From: Proteobacteria bacterium SG_bin5
GTDB lineage: Bacteria; Pseudomonadota; Alphaproteobacteria; Sphingomonadales; Sphingomonadaceae
Assembly: GCA_002083475.1 (NCBI GenBank)
Contig: LWDI01000045.1
Location: 10,908-74,907 of the forward strand
Reading direction: 5' to 3'
DNA: 64,000 nucleotides
Positions 47,882-55,980 of the stretch are shown one piece after another (position 1 is the first letter of the stretch; each line of letters opens with the position of its first letter). Made by a program: the position numbers and the translations under genes. The notes beneath the pieces were generated by a model. It worked only from the letters and a program-made list of their open reading frames with translations. It ran no database searches and was not told the DNA's origin.

Positions 47882-48924
47882 GCCCGCCCGATCAGCCGCT
47901 GCGCGATCAAATCGGCGACCGCCGCCGCCGGCGCGCCGCTGCGCTCGCTCTCGTCCCACACTTGGTTCAGCCGCTCGGGGATTTTGTGGATGCGCGCCTC
48001 GACCTCGGCGCGATTGCCCTCGCCGAAATATTCGAGGCACACGTTGATGATCCCGCCCGCGTTGATGACGTAATCGGGGGCGTAGAGAATGCCGCGTTCG
48101 TGCACGCGGCGCCCGTCCTCGGGGGTGGCGAGCTGGTTGTTCGCGCCGCCCGCGATCACCTTGGCCTTCAGCGCGGCGATCGAGGCTTCGGTCAGGATCG
48201 CGCCGAGCGCATTGGGGCTGACGATATCGGCCTCGACGCCCAGAATCTCGTCCGCCGCCACCGCCCGGCCGCCCAGCTCCGCCGCCAGCGCCTGCGCGCG
48301 CGCGGCATCGACATCGGCCAGGATCAGCTCGGCGCCATCATTCGCGAGCAACCGCGCGAGCCCGCCGCCGACCGAGCCGACGCCCTGGATCGCGACGCGC
48401 ACGCCCTTCATGTCGCCCGCGCCCAGCCCGCGCTTGGCCGCCGCCTTCACGCCCAGATACACGCCCAACGCGGTCGAGGGGCCGGGATTGCCCCCTGCCT
48501 GCCCGGTTTCGACCGGCAGGCCGGTCACGAATTTGGTCTCGCTCGAAATGACGACCATGTCCTTGTCGGACATGCCGACGTCCTCGGCGGTGACATAGCG
48601 CCCGCCGAGCGATTCGATCGCGCGGCCGAAGGCCTTGAGCATCGCCTCGGTCTTGGTGCGCCCGGCGTCGGCCAGCACCACCGCCTTGCCGCCGCCCATC
48701 GGCAGCCCGGCCATGGCGTTTTTATAGCTCATGCCCCGCGACAGGCGCAGCGCGTCGGTGATCGCCTCGCCGCTATTGGCATAATGCCAAAACCGCACGC
48801 CGCCGCCCGCCGGCCCCAGCGCGGTCGAGTGGATGGCGATGATGCAGTGCAGGCCCGAGGCGGGATCGGTGAAGAGGTGGACGCCCTCATGCTCGTCGAA
48901 ATCGGGAAAGCCCCAGGTCGTCAA
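47878..48924 (-). CDS. Leu/Phe/Val dehydrogenase
   Basis: IAIHSTALGPAGGG, LRLSRGMSYKNA, GGGKAV, YVTAEDVG, QGVGSVG, ANNQL, YAPDYVINAGG; probable TTG start. Confidence 0.93.
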   Translation of the reverse strand: MTTWGFPDFDEHEGVHLFTDPASGLHCIIAIHSTALGPAGGGVRFWHYANSGEAITDALRLSRGMSYKNAMAGLPMGGGKAVVLADAGRTKTEAMLKAFGRAIESLGGRYVTAEDVGMSDKDMVVISSETKFVTGLPVETGQAGGNPGPSTALGVYLGVKAAAKRGLGAGDMKGVRVAIQGVGSVGGGLARLLANDGAELILADVDAARAQALAAELGGRAVAADEILGVEADIVSPNALGAILTEASIAALKAKVIAGGANNQLATPEDGRRVHERGILYAPDYVINAGGIINVCLEYFGEGNRAEVEARIHKIPERLNQVWDESERSGAPAAAVADLIAQRLIGRA

Positions 48925-48951
48925 CGCCCTACCCCTCAAATTCGCGCTTCA

Positions 48952-49029
48952 TGGGGCGACCGACGGGACTTGAACCCGCAACCCCTGGTACCACAAACCA
49001 GTGCTCTAACCGGTTGAGCTACGGTCGCC
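48952..49029 (-). tRNA. tRNA-His (GTG)
   Basis: Cloverleaf G-GCGACCG...CTGGT-TTGTGGT-ACCAG...GGTTCAAGTCC...CGGTCGC-C-CCA; encoded CCA, G-1 and C73. Confidence 0.95.
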
Positions 49030-49074
49030 GTGAAGCGCGGCGGATAGGGCCGCGCGCCCGCAGCGTCAACCCTA

Positions 49075-49797
49075 TCAGAGCCGGCCCTCGACCGAAAGCC
49101 GATAGCCGCCGCCCACCGCCAGAAAGCCCGCGCGGTTGAGCTTGTCGATCACCGCCGGATCGCTGGTGGTAACGTCGAGCAGCGCGCGGTAGCGGCCGTC
49201 GCCTTGCACGCTGAGGCCGATCTTCTCGGCGCCCGATTGGCTCGCGAGCGGCAGGTTGAGCGCGCCGCCGACGCAGCGCGCCTCGGCGCTCATCCCCTGG
49301 CCGAGCGAAATCCCGGCGATCCCCGCGCCCAGCTCGGCCTTCACCCGGCCATTGGCGCGCGCGCAGCGGCCACGATCGAAGCGGACCGAGACGTCGCTCA
49401 AATCGAGCCGGGTGATCGGCAGCGGCGCGAACAAGGCGCCCACCGGCACCGCCGCGCTCGTGTCGTCGATGCCGAAGCTCGACGCCGATACGCTGAACGC
49501 CCCGCGCAACCGTTCGCCCTGGGCGAGCTTGGGGCCGGAGAGATCGACGCGCGCGCGGCCGACGAGCAGCTGGATCGGCGACAAGGCGGCATAGCTGTCC
49601 CCCAGATCGACCTCGCCCCAATGCACCTCGCGCAAGGTCGCCGCCCAAACCGAATGTTCGGCGGCGCGCAGCGTCAGCCCCTCGCGGTCGAGCCCCAGCG
49701 CGCCGAGCGCGAGCCGCATCGGCAGCGTGCCGATCAGCGCGATCACGAAGAACAGCCCGAACAGCACGCGCGGGCGGGCGTTGATCCGAATGCGCAT
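49075..49797 (-). CDS. gspN: Type II secretion protein N
   Basis: N-terminal TM helix ending TLPMR, SVW motif, beta-rich body; last gene of the gsp operon. Confidence 0.8.
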   Translation of the reverse strand: MRIRINARPRVLFGLFFVIALIGTLPMRLALGALGLDREGLTLRAAEHSVWAATLREVHWGEVDLGDSYAALSPIQLLVGRARVDLSGPKLAQGERLRGAFSVSASSFGIDDTSAAVPVGALFAPLPITRLDLSDVSVRFDRGRCARANGRVKAELGAGIAGISLGQGMSAEARCVGGALNLPLASQSGAEKIGLSVQGDGRYRALLDVTTSDPAVIDKLNRAGFLAVGGGYRLSVEGRL

Positions 49798-50273
49798 TAG
49801 CCCCTCCGCGCGCGCAAGGTGAGCGCGACCGAGAGCGTGCGGTCGCCATTGTCGGTCGTCTGCAATTGATCGACGAGAATGCCCTGCGCCTCCAGCTCGG
49901 CGATCCAGGCGAAGAGCGCGGCGGGCCGCGCCGAGGCCATGCCGATCGCGAGCGCATTGTCCGCCTGGGGGGCGACGCTCGTCAACGCGAAACCGGCGGC
50001 GGTCGCGCGCTCGCGCACCACCGCCTCCAGGCTGCCGCCGATCTGCGGCGCGCCCGCCTTGGCGAGCGGCTCGACCGCCGCCACCGCGCCGCGCACGCTC
50101 GCGAGCCGCGTGACCGCGTCGAGCTGGCGATCGCGCGCCGCATCGAGCCCCTCGCCGATCGGGCGGATGATGCCGAACCAGAGCAGCACGATCAGCGCGA
50201 GCGCTCCCGCGACGCCGATCAACAGCCGCTCGCGCGGCGACAGGCCAAGCAGCCAGGCGCGCAATCCGCTCAT
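49797..50273 (-). CDS. gspM: Type II secretion protein M
   Basis: WLLGLSPRERLLI + TM helix, LFAWIAELEAQGI. Confidence 0.88.
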   Translation of the reverse strand: MSGLRAWLLGLSPRERLLIGVAGALALIVLLWFGIIRPIGEGLDAARDRQLDAVTRLASVRGAVAAVEPLAKAGAPQIGGSLEAVVRERATAAGFALTSVAPQADNALAIGMASARPAALFAWIAELEAQGILVDQLQTTDNGDRTLSVALTLRARRG

Positions 50274-51349
50274 CGCGGCGTCACCGTCAGTTCGCCCTGA
50301 AAGCGGCCGGGCGCGCCGGCGAACGGCCCCGGCGTCACGGTCAGGCCCAGCGCGCGCAGGCGCAGCAGCACATCGGTGATCTGGCCTTCGCTCTGCGTCA
50401 CCAGCGTCATCCGCAGCACCCCTTGTTGATCGAAGCTGAGCGCGCGCAGCTCGCTGCCCGGCACCGCGCGCACCGCGGCGAAGGCGGTCGCCGCCGTCTG
50501 GGTGAAGCCGAGCCCGGCGCCGCGCAACTGCGCGAGCCGCGCGCTCAGCTGGCGCTGCGCGTCGTTCACCGTCTCGCCGCGCGGCAGCCCGGTCGCGGCG
50601 AGCACGTCGGCGCGGCGTTCGAGCTCGGCGGCCTCCAGATTATAGCGCAGGATCAGCACCAGATTGAGCGCGAGCGTCACCAGCAAGGTCGCCGCGATCA
50701 GCCACAAGGCACGCTTGGCCTGGCGCCAATCGAAATCGAGGCGTTCGCGCCGCGCGAAGGCGCCCTGGCGCAGATCGAGCGGCGGCCGCGCGACGGCGGC
50801 GACGATCGCCGCCTCCAGCGCCTCGCGCTCCAGCGTTGCGACGGGGGCGTCACCCAGGATCAATTCGGTGAGCCCGGCTTCCTCGGCGAAGCCGCTCGTC
50901 GCGCCGCGCAGCACGATTTCATCGCCCAAATCGGCGCGGACATAGCCCGACTCGGGCGCCGGCAGCAGCAGCGGCGCGGGGAGAATCGCGAGCGGCTCGA
51001 TCCCTTCGGCGGCGAGCGCGGCGAGCCACGCCGCCATTTTCGCGGGCTTCACCACCGCGATGGGTCGCTCGCCGTTCTCCCCGGGGGCGCCGACCGCGAC
51101 ATGTTGCTCGGCGGCGCTCCCCAGCACCACGTCGCCGACGAGCAACCGCGCGGCGGCGAGCGTTTGCGCCGTCGAGCGCGCGGGGATTTCGGCCCAGTGG
51201 AGCGCGACATCGGCGGCGGGGGCGATCGCGACCACCGGCTCGCCCGCGAGCGCGTTCAGCGTCCCGCGCGCGATCACCGCGCCGTCCGCGATCCGCACGC
51301 GCCGCGCCGCGCCCGCCCCGTCGCTCGACAGAAAAACGACCAGAGTCAC
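50270..51349 (-). CDS. gspL: Type II secretion protein L
   Basis: Cytoplasmic domain (AIAPA..VALHW), LDLRQGAFAR, single TM helix, periplasmic C-domain; position in operon. Confidence 0.88.
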   Translation of the reverse strand: MTLVVFLSSDGAGAARRVRIADGAVIARGTLNALAGEPVVAIAPAADVALHWAEIPARSTAQTLAAARLLVGDVVLGSAAEQHVAVGAPGENGERPIAVVKPAKMAAWLAALAAEGIEPLAILPAPLLLPAPESGYVRADLGDEIVLRGATSGFAEEAGLTELILGDAPVATLEREALEAAIVAAVARPPLDLRQGAFARRERLDFDWRQAKRALWLIAATLLVTLALNLVLILRYNLEAAELERRADVLAATGLPRGETVNDAQRQLSARLAQLRGAGLGFTQTAATAFAAVRAVPGSELRALSFDQQGVLRMTLVTQSEGQITDVLLRLRALGLTVTPGPFAGAPGRFQGELTVTPR

Positions 51350-52548
51350 GAAGGATCGCTCCAGCCGCGCGACACCAGCCGCACCGGAATTTCGGTCGCG
51401 TCGACAACCGCGCTTTCGCTCAACTGCGTGCCCCCCAGCTCAACGTCGATATCGAGCACGAACCACTGCGTCGTCACCGCCGTTTGGGCGGGACCTTCCT
51501 GGCCCGGGCTCACCCCTTGCGCGGAGAGCCCCTGCCAGAAGCTGACCGTGCTGGCAAAGCCCAAAGGCGGTCGCGCCGCCAACAGCCCGCGCGCGCGGCC
51601 GACGTCGAGCGTGTCGGGCAGCAGCATCGCGAGGAGCGGCGCTTGTTCGGGCATCAGCGTGTTGACGTTGAGCTTCACCGGCGCCGCGCGGGGGAGCGCG
51701 CAGACCCAGGGGCGCAGCTTCGCGTAGACTTCGGGGGTGACCCCGGCGACCGCGCGCAATTCGCTGACGTCGGCCATCAGCTGGCCGGGGGTGCGATAGC
51801 GCGGGCTACGGCCGGCGTAGCTCGAATCCTCGGCGCCATTGGGTTGGGGCGAATCGTCGCTGTCGATCCAATCGGCGGTCGCCGCGGCGATGCCGTTCGC
51901 GCTTTGGCCGGTGATGCCGATTAGCCGCATCAGCCGCGCGAATTGCTCGATCGAGGCGGGGCGCGCGACGAAGCGGCCGTCGACGCCGCGCTCGACCAAG
52001 CCGTTGAGGTTGAAGCAATTGCCCCCGTCGCGCACTCGCGCGGTCGCGAGGCCTTGCGGCACGGGGAGCGGGACGGGGCGGTTCGCCCAATCGCCCTGGA
52101 GCGTCACCCGCGTGGCATCGCGGGCGAGGATCGCGCTGATCCGCGTCGTCGCAAGCGTTTCGGCCGCCATCGCATAAGCGCGCGCCTGATCGAGCGCGAC
52201 CGCGTTCTGCGCGAGCCGGGTCGACAGCCGCATCCGCTCGAGCGCGGTCGCCGCGAGCACCGCGACCACCGCGACGATCAGCAACACGGTGAGGAGCGCC
52301 GCGCCGCGTTCGTGGTTCCGATGCCCAAATCCTCCCCGTTTACGGGGAGGTGGCAGCCCGAAGGGCTGACGGAGGGGGAGGCGATCCGGGCACGAGCGTT
52401 GGGCGTCGAGCGCGCGCCCCTCCACCATTTGCTGCCGCAAATGGTCCCCCTCCCCATGAATGGGGAGGATTTTCGGTGCCGACCGTGTCTGAAATTTCCT
52501 ACCCCCGCGGCGGCGCAAGCGGGCCTCCTTCGGGGAGCGGGGGCACAT
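51346..52548 (-). CDS. gspK: Minor pseudopilin GspK with repeat-extended leader (start uncertain)
   Basis: ERG|AALLTVLLIVAVV, DGGNCFNLNGL, ADWIDSD, GAEDSSY, SELRAV, LRPWVCALP, LNVNT. Confidence 0.93.
   Translation of the reverse strand: MCPRSPKEARLRRRGGRKFQTRSAPKILPIHGEGDHLRQQMVEGRALDAQRSCPDRLPLRQPFGLPPPRKRGGFGHRNHERGAALLTVLLIVAVVAVLAATALERMRLSTRLAQNAVALDQARAYAMAAETLATTRISAILARDATRVTLQGDWANRPVPLPVPQGLATARVRDGGNCFNLNGLVERGVDGRFVARPASIEQFARLMRLIGITGQSANGIAAATADWIDSDDSPQPNGAEDSSYAGRSPRYRTPGQLMADVSELRAVAGVTPEVYAKLRPWVCALPRAAPVKLNVNTLMPEQAPLLAMLLPDTLDVGRARGLLAARPPLGFASTVSFWQGLSAQGVSPGQEGPAQTAVTTQWFVLDIDVELGGTQLSESAVVDATEIPVRLVSRGWSDPS
52327..52472. repeat. Family D palindromic element in-frame in the gspK leader
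   Basis: aaatcctcccc...ggggaggattt TIRs with internal hairpins; homologous to 53678-53821 and 46718-46907. Confidence 0.9.
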
Positions 52549-53263
52549 AGCCGGTGCCGACCAGGAACAGCGCGCGCAGCGGCATGCCGTCGCGGCGGAC
52601 CAATTGCAGCTCGATCGCTTGCGGCAAGGGTGCTTCGGCGCGCGGATCCCAGCGGTCGCTCCATGCGCCCTGCCAGCGATAGCGCATCCGCAACTGGCGC
52701 ACCCCCGCCATCATCTCGGTGCTGGCGAGCGGCGCCGCGCCATCGACCGCGCCATAGGCCGCGCGGCGGAGCACGCCGTTTTCGAGCCGATACTCGACCT
52801 TTTGCAACTCGGCGCGCGGGGCATCGTCGAGATTGGTCCAGCCGCGCCGCACCAGGCCGAGCAGGAGCGGCCCGCCGCCCTCGCCGCGAAAGGCGGGCAG
52901 CGGCACGCCATTTTCGTCGCGCGCCGGCCGCTCGACGGCTTGCGCGAGATCGGCGGTGAGCGCGGCGTTGAGCCGCCCGAGCGCCGCCATGTCGTCGAAC
53001 TTGGCGCTGGTCGCGGCCTGGGCGCGCACGCTCACACCGAGCAGCGCGACCCCGGCGGCGGCGAGCAGCCCGAAGATGAACAAGGCGACGATGACTTCGA
53101 TCAGGGTGAAGCCGGCTTGGGCGCCGACGCTGCCCGTCATGCCCCCAGAAGGCGGGCGTCGCTCCGGCGAAAGCCGGGGCCTCGTGGTGACGGCGCGCAT
53201 CGGTTCACAAAGGCCCCGGCTTTCGCCGGGGCGACGCGCGTGGGAGGGCGAGGACGGCCGCAT
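52499..53263 (-). CDS. gspJ: Minor pseudopilin GspJ (coupled start 53263; alternative ATG 53140)
   Basis: AG|FTLIEVIVALFIF, DLAQAVERPAR, RRGWTN, LQKVEYRL, LPQAIEL. Confidence 0.92.
   Translation of the reverse strand: MRPSSPSHARRPGESRGLCEPMRAVTTRPRLSPERRPPSGGMTGSVGAQAGFTLIEVIVALFIFGLLAAAGVALLGVSVRAQAATSAKFDDMAALGRLNAALTADLAQAVERPARDENGVPLPAFRGEGGGPLLLGLVRRGWTNLDDAPRAELQKVEYRLENGVLRRAAYGAVDGAAPLASTEMMAGVRQLRMRYRWQGAWSDRWDPRAEAPLPQAIELQLVRRDGMPLRALFLVGTGYVPPLPEGGPLAPPRG
53136..53237. repeat. Palindromic element (53156-53237) plus a degenerate family E half-site (53136-53156) in the gspJ 5' region
   Basis: gcgtcgctccggcgaaagccggggcct...aggccccggctttcgccggggcgacgc; gtcatgcccccagaaggcggg resembles gtcatccccgcgaaggcggg. 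Confidence 0.85.
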
Positions 53264-53841
53264 CAGTTCCTCCCCGGCGGCGTGCCCGGTGGCGGGGTCG
53301 CGCCCGGGCGGACCACGGGCTGGCGCGGCGGGATCGCGGGCGCGCGCACCCCGCTCAGCCGGCCGAGCACGCGCCCCTCGGGGCTTGCGACCGTCACCTC
53401 GACGCGGAACGCCCCCTGATCGCCGAGCGGCGCGACCTGGCGCTGCCAGCGCCAGCCGCGACCGCCGTTTTGCTCGATCCCCTGGGTCAGCCCGCGCGGC
53501 GGCACCCGCGCGTCGGTCATCGCCTCGACCATCACGTTGCGCGCGACCATTTGCGCGACCATCGTCTCGTCGAGCAACCGCGCGCTCAGCACCGTCTGCC
53601 CTTCGAGCCGCAGCAGCGCGAGCGCCGCCAGGCTGAACACCGCGAGCGCGACGATGATCTCGATCAGGGTGAAGCCCGATACGCCCCGCTCACGGGGAGG
53701 CGGCAGGCGCGTGAGCGCCTGACGGAAGGGGCGCGCGGCCCGGCCCGAGAGTGGCGCGTCGAGCCGATCCCCCTCCACCATCGCGCCGCGATGGCTCCCC
53801 TCCCCGCGAATGGGGAGGATCGGGCGCGATGCCTCACCCAT
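53263..53841 (-). CDS. gspI: Minor pseudopilin GspI with repeat-extended leader
   Basis: SG|FTLIEIIVALAVFSLAA, AQMVARN, G.EQNGGRGWRWQ; the start overlaps the 3' end of gspH. Confidence 0.92.
   Translation of the reverse strand: MGEASRPILPIRGEGSHRGAMVEGDRLDAPLSGRAARPFRQALTRLPPPRERGVSGFTLIEIIVALAVFSLAALALLRLEGQTVLSARLLDETMVAQMVARNVMVEAMTDARVPPRGLTQGIEQNGGRGWRWQRQVAPLGDQGAFRVEVTVASPEGRVLGRLSGVRAPAIPPRQPVVRPGATPPPGTPPGRN
53678..53821. repeat. Family D palindromic element in-frame in the gspI leader
   Basis: gat.cgccccgctcacggggagg...ctccccgcgaatggggaggatc; ends one codon before the Gly(-1) of the cleavage site. Confidence 0.9.
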
Positions 53842-54289
53842 CGATCGAGACCTTGCCGTCGGCGCCGATCGTCACCACCGCCGCCGCCTCGCTGCCGCGC
53901 CGCAGCTGGACGCGCATCGGCGCGCTCGCGAGGCCCGTCGAATCGAAGATGATCCGGCTGCGCGCCTCGTCGAGCACCGGGCGGATGTCCGCCCCCCAGC
54001 TGCTGACCGTCATCGGCTTGTCGCTCATCGGCACCCATCGCCCGGCGTCGCGCTTGTCGAAGCCATAGCCGCCCGGGCTCACCCAGATGCTCATCGAGCG
54101 CCCCTCGACGATCGCGAGATCATGCGCGGTGCGCGCGCGCGCGGCGAAACGCTCGGCGGCGTCGATCACCCGCCCGCGCGGATCGGGCAGGGCGAGCACG
54201 ACCAGCGCCGACATCAGCGCGATCACCGCGATCACGATCATCAGCTCGATGAGCGTGAAACCAGCCTCGGCGCGCGGGCGGCGGCGCAT
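53834..54289 (-). CDS. gspH: Minor pseudopilin GspH
   Basis: MRRRPRAEAG|FTLIELMIVIAVI; TAATG coupling to gspG. Confidence 0.9.
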   Translation of the reverse strand: MRRRPRAEAGFTLIELMIVIAVIALMSALVVLALPDPRGRVIDAAERFAARARTAHDLAIVEGRSMSIWVSPGGYGFDKRDAGRWVPMSDKPMTVSSWGADIRPVLDEARSRIIFDSTGLASAPMRVQLRRGSEAAAVVTIGADGKVSIDG

Positions 54290-54756
54290 TATTTGGTCGC
54301 GCCCTGCGGCGCCCAATTGCCGATATCGGCGTCCGATCCCTCGCCGCCCGGCTTGCCGTCGGCGCCGAGCGTGTAAATGTCGTAAGCCCCGTGTTGGCCC
54401 GGCGAGGCATAGAGATAATCGCGCCCCCAGGGGTCCTTGGGCAGCTTCTTGATATAGCCGCCCTTTTGGTAGCGCGAGGGATCGGTGAGCGAGGGCGGTG
54501 GCGTCAGCAGCGCCTGCAGCCCGTCGGTCGTGGTCGGATAGTTGAAATTCTGGAGCTTGTAGATCTCGAGCGCCTGATCGATCGTTTCGATATCCGCGCG
54601 CGCCTTTTCCACCCGCGCGCGGTCGCCCGAGGGCAGCACGTTCAAAACGACGATCGTCGCGAGCAAACCGATGATCACGATCACGACCATCAACTCGACC
54701 AGCGTGAAGCCCGCCTCGTGGCGGCGTTGCTTTGGTTTACGCATGTTCATCCTCAT
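54289..54756 (-). CDS. gspG: Major pseudopilin GspG
   Basis: EAG|FTLVELMVVIVIIGLLA, YPTTTDGLQAL, GYIKKLPKDPWG..Y.Y..PG, GADGKPGGEG..ADIGNW. Confidence 0.96.
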   Translation of the reverse strand: MRMNMRKPKQRRHEAGFTLVELMVVIVIIGLLATIVVLNVLPSGDRARVEKARADIETIDQALEIYKLQNFNYPTTTDGLQALLTPPPSLTDPSRYQKGGYIKKLPKDPWGRDYLYASPGQHGAYDIYTLGADGKPGGEGSDADIGNWAPQGATK

Positions 54757-55979
54757 TGCCCGGCAAGCGTGTTGAGCTGCAAGATCGGCAGCAGGATCGA
54801 TAGCACGATCGTCGCCACCACGCCCCCCATCACGACGATGATCGCGGGTTCGAGCAGCGACAAGGCGGTCGCGGTGAAACGATCGAATTCGCGCTCCAGA
54901 TAATCGGCGGCGCGCTCCAGCATCTCGTCGAGCCGCCCCGCCGCCTCGCCCGACGCGGCGAGATAGGTCAGCAGCGGCGGGAACACGCCCGAGCGCCGCA
55001 TCGCCGCCGACAAGCTCCCGCCCTGGCGGATCGCGTCGGTGATTTCCTCGCTCGCCTGGCGCAGCCGCGCATTGTGGATCGTGGCGGCCGTGAGGTTGAG
55101 CCCGTCGAGCAGCGGCAGCCGGCTCGCGACCATCGTCGACAAGGTGCGCGCCATTCGCGCCGCGTGGAGATCGCGCAGCAGCCGCCCGATCAGCGGCACG
55201 CGCAGCGCCCAGCCGTCGAAGGCGAGCTTGATCGCGGGCTGGCGCAAAGCGGTGCGCCAAGCGAAGACGAGCAGCACCAGCGCGATGATCACCGCCCACC
55301 AATAGCCGGCGAGGAAAGCCGAGATCGCGATCACGATCCGCGTGAGCAAGGGCAGCGTTTGCCCCACCGTGTCGAACTGCTGCACCACTTGCGGCACGAC
55401 GAAGATCATCAGCGCCGCGACCACGCCGATCGCGACCGTGGCGAGGACGCCGGGATAAGCGAGCGCGGTGATCAGCTTGCCGCGAATCTCGGCCTGGCGT
55501 TCGAGCAGCGCCGACAGCCGCTCGAGGATCGAGGGCAGCGAGCCCGAGCTTTCGCCGGCGGCGACCATCGCGCAGTAAAGCGGCGGAAAGCTCTTGGGCT
55601 CGCGCGCCATCGCCTCGGCCAAGCGCCGCCCCTCGACCACCCCGGCATGCACCCGGCCGACGATCGCGCGGACATGCGCCGCCTCGGTCTGGCGGCTGAT
55701 CGTGCGCAAGCTTTCCTCGAGCGGGCTCACCCGGCTGAGCGTCGCGAGCTGGCGGGTGAACAAGGTCAGCTGCTTGCCCGACAGACGCTGCCCGCGCAAT
55801 TGGCCGAGCAGCGAGGGGCGTGCCGCCACGCCGTCGCTCGCCTTGCCGGGCTCGATCCGCACCACGAACAGCTTTTTCGCGTCGAGCAGGTCGCGCGCGC
55901 GCTCGATCGTCTCGGCCTGCACCGCGCCGCGCTTTTCGCGGCCCTGGGTGTCGATCGCGAGATAATCGAAATCGGCCAT
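54753..55979 (-). CDS. gspF: Type II secretion inner-membrane protein F
   Basis: LFTRQLATL, AMVAAGESSG.L, ALAYP, SGEAAGRLDEML, LLEP. Confidence 0.95.
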   Translation of the reverse strand: MADFDYLAIDTQGREKRGAVQAETIERARDLLDAKKLFVVRIEPGKASDGVAARPSLLGQLRGQRLSGKQLTLFTRQLATLSRVSPLEESLRTISRQTEAAHVRAIVGRVHAGVVEGRRLAEAMAREPKSFPPLYCAMVAAGESSGSLPSILERLSALLERQAEIRGKLITALAYPGVLATVAIGVVAALMIFVVPQVVQQFDTVGQTLPLLTRIVIAISAFLAGYWWAVIIALVLLVFAWRTALRQPAIKLAFDGWALRVPLIGRLLRDLHAARMARTLSTMVASRLPLLDGLNLTAATIHNARLRQASEEITDAIRQGGSLSAAMRRSGVFPPLLTYLAASGEAAGRLDEMLERAADYLEREFDRFTATALSLLEPAIIVVMGGVVATIVLSILLPILQLNTLAGQ

Positions 55980-55980
55980 T

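Noticed and set aside
48952..49075. tRNA-His as an integration site for the T2SS or aph region
   Set aside because: No integrase, no duplicated tRNA 3' end seen, and flanking genes have host-like composition.
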